Shown piece by piece: positions 41,001 to 46,052 of a stretch of DNA of 46,052 nucleotides. Made by a program: the position numbers and the translations under genes. This stretch comes from a virus (taxonomy: Duplodnaviria > Caudoviricetes): IMG/VR virus record IMGVR_UViG_3300032250_000128, positions 1-46,052 of that record; one strand, written 5' to 3'. The first letter of the stretch is position 1, and each line of letters starts with the position of its first letter. Under the pieces are notes generated by a model. That model was not told where the DNA came from. It saw only the letters and a list, made by a program, of their open reading frames with translations, and ran no database searches.

Positions 41001-42472
41001 TCAATCATCTCCCGCTGCATTTTCCCTGCGTTGTAGGCGCTACGGGCAGCGTCCTCGTCGAGGCCCGACAAATCGGCTGTATTCCTCATCTGGCCCGGAA
41101 TGCTCACTGTCCCAAACTGGGCGTTCGGATCCATCGGGCGCACGAGCTTCTGAAGCTGCGTCGGCACGATCTTATCGTAGTAGCCCCTCATGCCCTCGCC
41201 GCCGACAGATAGATCTTGCCCTTCAAGAAAGTGCGAGCCGGGAACAGGGGTGCCGCTCGCATTGGTGTAGGGGGCGCGCGGACGCGCCAGCAATCGCTCT
41301 GCGGCCTCTCTGCCGATGTAGTCGGAAACCTTGTCAGGAGTCACGCCACCCTGATCGATAACGTTCTCGCCGTCAGGATCGTAGGCCCACAAGCGTCTCT
41401 TGTCAGGATCGTAGGCGACGCGCGACACCTGCTGAGACAGATCAAACCGTTTTGCCTGCTGTGCTCCGGGCGTCCACGCAAGCGCGTCGTAGCCGCCCTC
41501 CGCCGCCTCGCGCAGGGCGCGCTTGAGGGCGAGGTCGGTCCATTTGGGAGTGCTCTCGACGAAGGGGGCGGAGGGGACGCCTCCTGTATTTCGTTGAAGA
41601 GCCACCAACTCATCTGAAATCCCACGAAGTCTTTCAATCTCTTCAGGGGACATCTGGTTAGGCATACGGCCAGCAATTAGGTCGGAAGATTGCTTTTGCA
41701 AATCAGCAATCCGGTTCGCATTGTCCGCTGCAAACCCTCTCTTCCGCCCCTCCTGCGCCCAGTCAGATTGGATCTCCTCGACGTGCAGAATACGCCGCCC
41801 CTCCGGGTCAGTGCGGTCCTTCAAGCGAAGATGCGCGAGGATATTGGGGTCGTCGAAGTGGGAGGAGCGGTAGTTGTTGGGATCGACGCGGCGCATTCCC
41901 TGCCCGCCAAGCATCGAAAAGAGAACCGGCTCATCATTTTTGACTTCCGGCCTCTTTAACAGCAACTCACGATAGTTATCGCCGCCGGGGAGGGTGTATT
42001 TCTCGAATTTGGTCGGCACCTCACGAGACATTCTATTATCAATGATGTCGTAATACTCGTCAGAAAGTGCCTTATATTGTGGATGTTCAGCAGGCACGCG
42101 GCCCGCCGCTATTTCACGAGAAGCGATTGCCTCAATTTCTCTATCTATTTCCTGCTTTCGCGCCTCAAGAGAAGCTACCCTCGGATTGTATCCAAGCACG
42201 CTCTCCTCAACCCGCACCTCATTACGCCGCAGGAAGTCCGCCACCTCGTCGCGGGTGACGCTCTGGCGGCCCTTGGCCCAGTCGTCAAAGCCGGTCCACT
42301 TCAGCTCGTCCGGCTTGACGCCCTGCTTCAGGAGCGCGGCCCGCATCTGCTGGGGCGTGCCCTTGGCCTGCGGGATCTTTGACGCCTCTTCCGTGGCGCG
42401 GGAGAACAGGCCCAGCGGGTTGAGCTCACGAACCGCCTTCAGCGCCTGCTGGACAATCTTCTCACCGGCCAT
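35054..42472 (-). CDS. Large polyvalent (multi-enzyme) protein
   Basis: 2472 aa. EEIQSDW domain; SAM MTase (IDYGAGRG, NVLNV); two LPD23-like plus HELQH zincin modules; SleB-like hydrolase (NMIAGEA...V.LNR...RQF); ART-like C-terminus (WHGSP...GEG...YGKGMYFA). Confidence 0.88.
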   Translation of the reverse strand: MAGEKIVQQALKAVRELNPLGLFSRATEEASKIPQAKGTPQQMRAALLKQGVKPDELKWTGFDDWAKGRQSVTRDEVADFLRRNEVRVEESVLGYNPRVASLEARKQEIDREIEAIASREIAAGRVPAEHPQYKALSDEYYDIIDNRMSREVPTKFEKYTLPGGDNYRELLLKRPEVKNDEPVLFSMLGGQGMRRVDPNNYRSSHFDDPNILAHLRLKDRTDPEGRRILHVEEIQSDWAQEGRKRGFAADNANRIADLQKQSSDLIAGRMPNQMSPEEIERLRGISDELVALQRNTGGVPSAPFVESTPKWTDLALKRALREAAEGGYDALAWTPGAQQAKRFDLSQQVSRVAYDPDKRRLWAYDPDGENVIDQGGVTPDKVSDYIGREAAERLLARPRAPYTNASGTPVPGSHFLEGQDLSVGGEGMRGYYDKIVPTQLQKLVRPMDPNAQFGTVSIPGQMRNTADLSGLDEDAARSAYNAGKMQREMIDLPSLNITPAMREKIKEGLPLFTMVPGAVGLGMAQPGQEEPRDGFADGGVILKALRAVRGLPPAENSRLTQIATTGPSYDKALRHLERAGIEGRAIDYGAGRGHGLRSIGADTFEPYPQGWTPTFTKPEDIPDDVYRRLVNLNVLNVLDPEARQSAVLNMGRVVEPGGGGVISTRGRDVMAARGEPGPEPMSLIIGEGDSARYQKGFTPRELREYVGDTLGPRFDVEPSDVGAASIMFRRNREDGGAVDFNDAPNYTLDSDAAFFDMSRVFPPAPAGKIPNRAEDIPLNRSFRPAQPEVVDRALEVVRSEPRPMDIRVSRQSPPPPRPAPVRAPARAPAAPDRSESRRLWEIYNETGNPADFVRASNAMRAGRAEGGRLLEDQYLTHYLPNVGRQVMADGGVPVSEGEKNAQLNDMVAYADRLDRAARMRDVGQALSETWPAQLARSIVGGAALPRDVYEGRVDPTSEIGIQRAMDLSSAVMGGGMTVGSAPRGSIGMFLGPSAKTADLQALEVARDMVKKGATRDEIYDATKWLQGADKQWRFEIPDTAASMRPGYIEKYTVGEAIDHPELFRAYPQLADVDFYANPIKKGGIQGMWSGNPNVKETFPTLQIGKYAKNPLSSALHELQHGVQAMENFAPGGNTLALKKGTPAWAIYQERLAAIKKPLPLETYAAVAGFGNDIEAARKSYPSYLKAVKNPSQLVKTEAQKYAVKTAYLRSAGEVEARNVQTRAQEGYDKRPWETQQFPDEMQIVRERSKERDGGAVEGALHIARGMYADGGETMDPPLTTPDQRLDVIDNYLEDAVDQSLNRGPAMQFNRLPVPSEPHTTPNERIGVLTTYGGDVADQRRYRDAVSAQQPAVDPNRQSYLEAFGPPQTGAGLTPNAPAELPPGEYGRQKLDRIMTGIFGPNARERAVSAAQNLFAPPDPSLPPGEYGRRRLDTLINNLVDPALLGSKATLGVEDIRSGAVLPDRAGVPPAPRDYGTLPSSQSFQSTVAPPAQTPVAKTAEVRGPYGQFSDADVEALANMIAGEASTQGREGMAQVGQVALNRVLMNYNDYGNTLQAQLSRPRQFLGYNSPNAKAIMAGETPQQQAIAQQAREIARGLIEGTIQPKFANATDFNRGSTSFNAKRGAANAARLGSHTFFNASPAYAKRLERAKRERQGRATGGIVDDALGVVRELPQQEPVRVAMFAGEGAVGAPLQSLELAKRLIAEGASPEEAYRGSASDGSTGWFQGADGRWRFEVSDKDATINPENFERLRAGNPVRPSELLSHPRLFEMYPNLNKINLGMVPQSEYDQGLMGSFNNRTNTLSLPPDPKQAQSTMLHELQHGIQNSENFGTGGGSTAIKEALKSEVLLEQMRASRRATEMRKQIMDRMFDTDYADPEQLSKFREFQAENERQIASEQERIPALKQRFEELNPTGRWGSLKNYELYRRLAGETEARNVQNRMQMDLDERRASFPGTTQEYPNEEQYIRMRGERADGGEVESAMNVVRGMYADGGSPAAEKYEAMPGFFSRMLGLSGGSQPEADIQQYENRMRAIAQQPADIQSMTHAPSKPMRPIEIEGGFIGKRQLGEAPYDVAGPLSGMAQTAYSLKTVPFYFTPAAPFAAAADLGEAAIDTKSALDKGDYLGAGVTGALGVVAPALAYRKQAADAVRSGLEAARRFVAGNPGTATAVGAGAAVMTPEEAEAGGSGLVRRGLEAINPIRAWHGSPRKFERFDISRAGSGEGQQLYGKGMYFADDKNRALEFVGDPEDRYRRFSGQMTPKEEIAFDLANRPDARDMDIISALARKYGENISFDEAQSIALDAMKRRGSLYEVDINAPRKKFLNWNRPLSEQSLDVQSVLTPERMGLREALLPGGNYAWVDETGMPVGVISNKMPKKPFLSEFSGNRIYNMIGRNDPDRSTSVLRDLGLSGNLYQDPKSFGLSRPSHNYVVFDPARDVEILNRYADGGSVADRAMMLAREINSSPREETVP

Positions 42473-42477
42473 CTACG

Positions 42478-44730
42478 CTACTCCGTCAGCGGGGGCTCGT
42501 TGCTTTGCAATCTCTGCAACATAGCAGGGTCGAGCATGTTCTGCACTATCGGAAGCCCCATTGGGTTCTTCGCAATGTCCTGCGCCAGCCTGACTGCCGC
42601 CAGACGCTCGCGGCTCTCGCGCTCGCGCTCGCGGTTCACGGCGTCAAGTCGCGTGTCAGCCTGCTTCAGGCCCATCTCGCGCTCGCGAAGCTGCAACTCC
42701 GCCACCTTGAGCGGATCGGTCTGGTCGCCCGGCTGACCGCCTAGCGTCTTCTGCACGTCGGCCTGCGCTCGCATGGTGTCGGCGTCGGCCTTCTGCTTCT
42801 CAATGGCCAGCTTCGCCTTGGCGTACTCGACCTCGGGCGGATCCTTCTGCTGGAGCGACGCCGGCGGGACCATGAACTGCTGCGGGTTGCTCCAGCCCAT
42901 GGCCTGCAACGCGGCGCTGTCGATGGCAATCGGGTCGTAGAGCGACGGGCTCGCCTGCTGGAGCTGCTTCAGGCCCATGATCTTCATCATGCGCTGCGTC
43001 TGACTCGCCGTGTTCGGGTCCGCCTGCGGGACCAGATCGCAGTCGTTGATGGCCTTGAGGAACGTCTGCTCGTCCCACTGCATTGAGGGCTTCTGACACC
43101 GCTGCCAGAAGCTCTCCGGGTGCTCCTTGAAGCACCGCACCAGCAGCTTGAACTCGTCGGCCTGTGCCGCATGCATGCGCTTGTGGACCGAGTTCAGCAC
43201 CTTCGTGGCCTGATCGATCAGCGCCAGCGTCGTGCCGACAGGCGCGTCCGCGCGCCCCTCGCCGACAGCCAGCTCAGCCGTCCCACCAACGCGCTGGCCC
43301 GTCTCTGCCATGTTCTGGGCGAGGTTCATCAGGGCCGGGCCGGGCTCCTTGTAGGGGAGCGGCATGATCGCCTGATTGATTGGCATCCCGCCAGTCTTCA
43401 CGAGCGCGCCGCCACCCGGCGGCACTCGGAAGATGTTGGTGTTTTGCCTCCCGCCCATGTCGGCCATTAGGAAGCCGGGGAAGTTGGCGAACATACCTGC
43501 GTCCAACATTTCGCGCCATGCAGCAGTCACCGCGTTGGTGGTGTTGCCCAGAATGTGCAAAAGGCCGATGTCGTAGAAGCCAAAGCCCGGCACGAACGTG
43601 TACTTGACGAAGTTCACGCGCGCCTCGGGCAGCTCCGCGCTGTCCTCATCGTAGTTGCGCACCACCGACAGGATCTCGCGCGACGACACGTCGATGGTCA
43701 CGCGGTAGGGGATTTCGAGGCCCGTCTCCTTGCCCTTGAAGCGGTGCTCGAAGCCCCGAAGGTCCAGCTCGCAATAGCACTCGTAGATCTCGCGGTCGCG
43801 GTCGTCCGGATTGATGGATGAGTCCGCAATGCCTTGCGTGGCCCGCTGGGCGCGCTGGACGGCGTCCAGAGAGGCCGAGCGGGGCTGCGACAGGTTGATA
43901 TCGCGGTAGACGCCGAGGAGCTGGAGCCGCTTGACTGTCGAGGGCCGCAGGTACGTCCGGTGCGTGATGCGCTTGGCGTTGCGCAGGTCGGTGGCCGCGT
44001 TGTTGACGATCAAGTCGTCAGCATCGACCGTCTCGCTGACCGGGCGGTTGCGCAGCGGGCAGTAGTAGACCTTCTTGAACGCCGTCCCGCCGAAACCGAG
44101 CATGAGCAGCATGCGGTCGGTGTCAGGGTAATACTCGGACGCCGTGTCTGTCAGGTAGTGGTTCAGGTCGCGCTCTAGCGCACGGGCGAGCTGATCCTGC
44201 GCCAGATCGGCGTTGTTGTTGTCGTTCCGGATCTTCACCGGGCCATCGGTCGGGAGCATCTCGGATCTGGCGTTGGCCTGAAAGCGGAGCACCGCCTCCA
44301 GCAGCAGCGGGTGCCGGACCTTGCTCATGCCCTCGACGGGTGCGCCGTCGGACGCGCCCTGAAGGCCGGGGATCTCGATCTTGAGGCCCAGCAGGCTGAT
44401 GCCCTGCGCCCGGTCGTCGATCCATTCCTGCCGGCTCTGGATGTCGTCGCCAATGCCGCGCAGCAGATCGTCCGCGATCCGAGAAAGCTCAATGTCGTCA
44501 ATCTCGTCCACCAGATTGTCGAACCAGCCACCGGCCTTGCTGGAGCCCGGCCCGTCGATGGGCTTGCCGTCGAGGCTGACCGTGACCGAGCCGTCATCAT
44601 GCTCGATGCGCAGGATGTTGCCCTGCACGTCCATGTCGGGCACGTCTTCTCCGGCCTCGATAATGACTTCCGGGAGTTCCGGCTCAGGCAGGCCGGGCAG
44701 GCGGATGTTGGGATTAACGAGACCGGCCAT
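42478..44730 (-). CDS. Portal protein
   Basis: 750 aa after the terminase. HPLLLEAVLRFQANA..E.LP.DGPVK, G.AFKKVYY, PYRVTID, FVKY.FVPGFGFY.IGL.H, APVGTTLALI. Confidence 0.88.
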   Translation of the reverse strand: MAGLVNPNIRLPGLPEPELPEVIIEAGEDVPDMDVQGNILRIEHDDGSVTVSLDGKPIDGPGSSKAGGWFDNLVDEIDDIELSRIADDLLRGIGDDIQSRQEWIDDRAQGISLLGLKIEIPGLQGASDGAPVEGMSKVRHPLLLEAVLRFQANARSEMLPTDGPVKIRNDNNNADLAQDQLARALERDLNHYLTDTASEYYPDTDRMLLMLGFGGTAFKKVYYCPLRNRPVSETVDADDLIVNNAATDLRNAKRITHRTYLRPSTVKRLQLLGVYRDINLSQPRSASLDAVQRAQRATQGIADSSINPDDRDREIYECYCELDLRGFEHRFKGKETGLEIPYRVTIDVSSREILSVVRNYDEDSAELPEARVNFVKYTFVPGFGFYDIGLLHILGNTTNAVTAAWREMLDAGMFANFPGFLMADMGGRQNTNIFRVPPGGGALVKTGGMPINQAIMPLPYKEPGPALMNLAQNMAETGQRVGGTAELAVGEGRADAPVGTTLALIDQATKVLNSVHKRMHAAQADEFKLLVRCFKEHPESFWQRCQKPSMQWDEQTFLKAINDCDLVPQADPNTASQTQRMMKIMGLKQLQQASPSLYDPIAIDSAALQAMGWSNPQQFMVPPASLQQKDPPEVEYAKAKLAIEKQKADADTMRAQADVQKTLGGQPGDQTDPLKVAELQLREREMGLKQADTRLDAVNRERERESRERLAAVRLAQDIAKNPMGLPIVQNMLDPAMLQRLQSNEPPLTE

Positions 44731-44732
44731 TG

Positions 44733-44963
44733 TTACGCCTTTTCAGAAAGTAAAAGCTCGATTTCCTCGACAAACAGCCGAAGACCTTCCTGCGCGGCGA
44801 GAGTATCAGATTTCGCCCGGACGGTATAGACGCGAACGTAATCATGAGGCTCGTCTCCGAAAACCTCAACCCGGAAGCGCCCGAGCTTGATCGGGGTCGG
44901 GCTCTCCTCCACGTCCACGATGGCGCGGGCAAGTATTCGCTGGCTCACGATTTCAACCTCCAT
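44733..44963 (-). CDS. Small hypothetical protein
   Basis: 76 aa. TGATG-coupled to the terminase, and its stop is 2 bp from the portal start. Confidence 0.75.
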   Translation of the reverse strand: MEVEIVSQRILARAIVDVEESPTPIKLGRFRVEVFGDEPHDYVRVYTVRAKSDTLAAQEGLRLFVEEIELLLSEKA

Positions 44964-46051
44964 CAAACTGGATACAGCGGCGCGGGAGCGCCCGCCCGAT
45001 GCATAAGCTGGTCCTCAATCTCCGCCGACCGTTCCGCAGAGCGGGACAGCATGCCAAGCTCGCGCAGGTGGCGCAGCGCCATGGCCACGGTGTCCACCAA
45101 GTCGTCGTTCTTGCCCTTCGGGAAGACTTCGCACTGCCTTATAACCAGATCCGCCCAATGTCGATCCGGGGCATAGATCAGCCCCTCCGAGAACAGGTGC
45201 TGGACGCTGTAGAGCCGGGCCAGCTTGTCTATCGCGCCCGGATTGATGAGCTGGACGGCCCAGTCCTCGGAGCCGTAGAGGCGGCGGATCTCTTGCGCCA
45301 CCGAGATGCCGGCGGCCTTGGACTCGATCAATAGCTTGTCCACGCGCATGCGCTGGCAACTGTTGGTCACCTTCTCGACCAGCTCGGATAGCTCCAGCCG
45401 CTCCTGCCACGCAGCCATGAGCATGACGCGGGGAGCGCCCTCGACGTAGTAGCGCTGAACCTCGGCGATGGTCTCGCCGTCGCGGCTGGCGACCTTGTTA
45501 GCCAACGCGATGGTGTTGTCGCGCGAGAACACGCCCCAGACGGTGAGCGCGCTGTAGTCGTTCTCCTGCTTGGTCGTGTAGGCCGTGTCCAAGCTGGCGA
45601 TGACGAAGTCCATGGGCGGGTAGGCGTCGGCGTCCCACGGCTGCCACCAGCTCGCCTTGATGACGCCACCGCCTCGCGGCGTCGGCTGCTGCTGGAACTG
45701 GCCGGCGGTCGCGTATGGACCCATGACCTTCTCGTCGCGGTCCACCACGTCCTCCGGGAACCGGGCCGGGAACAGCAGCTCGCCATCCTCCGTGCGCGGA
45801 TCCTCGACGCCCAGCAGGGTGACGCAATGGCGCGTCTCGTCGTAGCGCATGGGCAGCATGATGTGGTCGTAGCCGAGCTGCTTCTCCGTGATGATGCCGC
45901 TCACGTCCTCCTCATGCAGGCGCTGCATAATGACGATTATGGCCGAGCGCTTCGGGTTGTTGAGGCGCGTCGGGACTGCTTCGAGGAACCACTCGTTCGT
46001 CGAGCGGCGCATGGCGTCCGAGTTCGCGCCCTCGACCGAGTGCGGGTCGTC
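44963..46051 (-). CDS. terL: Terminase large subunit (5'-truncated)
   Basis: Open to the window edge (DDPH Walker B). IMQRLH..D, Q.QQ.P, SLDTA, DYSA, IESKAAG, FP.GKNDDLVD. Confidence 0.93.
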   Translation of the reverse strand, partial: DDPHSVEGANSDAMRRSTNEWFLEAVPTRLNNPKRSAIIVIMQRLHEEDVSGIITEKQLGYDHIMLPMRYDETRHCVTLLGVEDPRTEDGELLFPARFPEDVVDRDEKVMGPYATAGQFQQQPTPRGGGVIKASWWQPWDADAYPPMDFVIASLDTAYTTKQENDYSALTVWGVFSRDNTIALANKVASRDGETIAEVQRYYVEGAPRVMLMAAWQERLELSELVEKVTNSCQRMRVDKLLIESKAAGISVAQEIRRLYGSEDWAVQLINPGAIDKLARLYSVQHLFSEGLIYAPDRHWADLVIRQCEVFPKGKNDDLVDTVAMALRHLRELGMLSRSAERSAEIEDQLMHRAGAPAPLYPV

Positions 46052-46052
46052 G

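Noticed and set aside
33642-42472. GG motifs as ubiquitin-like conjugation termini
   Set aside because: No E1/E2/JAB genes or beta-grasp domains are recognisable in the window. Cleavage or targeting is the simpler reading, though also unproven.
1-46052. tRNA/rRNA genes, integrase, att sites, IS elements, inteins
   Set aside because: None recognised by eye. Intergenic gaps are short, and the helicase and visible terminase have normal lengths. tRNAscan was not run and the genome is incomplete, so lifestyle cannot be called.

Overview
About 46 kb of a GC-rich tailed dsDNA phage genome (Caudoviricetes, podovirus-like: no tape-measure or tail-tube gene is recognisable). An alphaproteobacterial host is plausible but only inferred. 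Bases 1-6068 (mostly + strand) carry DNA-metabolism and accessory genes: a PD-(D/E)XK nuclease, SF2 helicase, adenine MTase, VRR-NUC nuclease, a Cro-like repressor with twin operators, a DnaA-C-like HTH, dCTP deaminase and a secreted SLT. Bases 6207-46052 (- strand) are one morphogenesis and lysis block: terminase, portal, a 2472-aa multi-domain protein, GroES-like protein, scaffold, capsid, adaptors, collagen and fibre genes, a GT2-TPR glycosyltransferase, the lysis cassette and large ejection-type proteins. The main unexplained signal is a short [FYRM]-x-x-GG motif. It marks the domain boundaries of the 2472-aa protein and recurs in at least six other genes of the structural block, suggesting a polyprotein-processing or head-packaging code. 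Also notable: an interlocked double pseudoknot abutting an RBS after the capsid gene, a twin-hairpin leader before the capsid operon, two internal S74-type autocleavage motifs in one protein, and a BclA/SgtA-like collagen plus glycosyltransferase pair. All family assignments come from motif recognition by eye; no searches were run.
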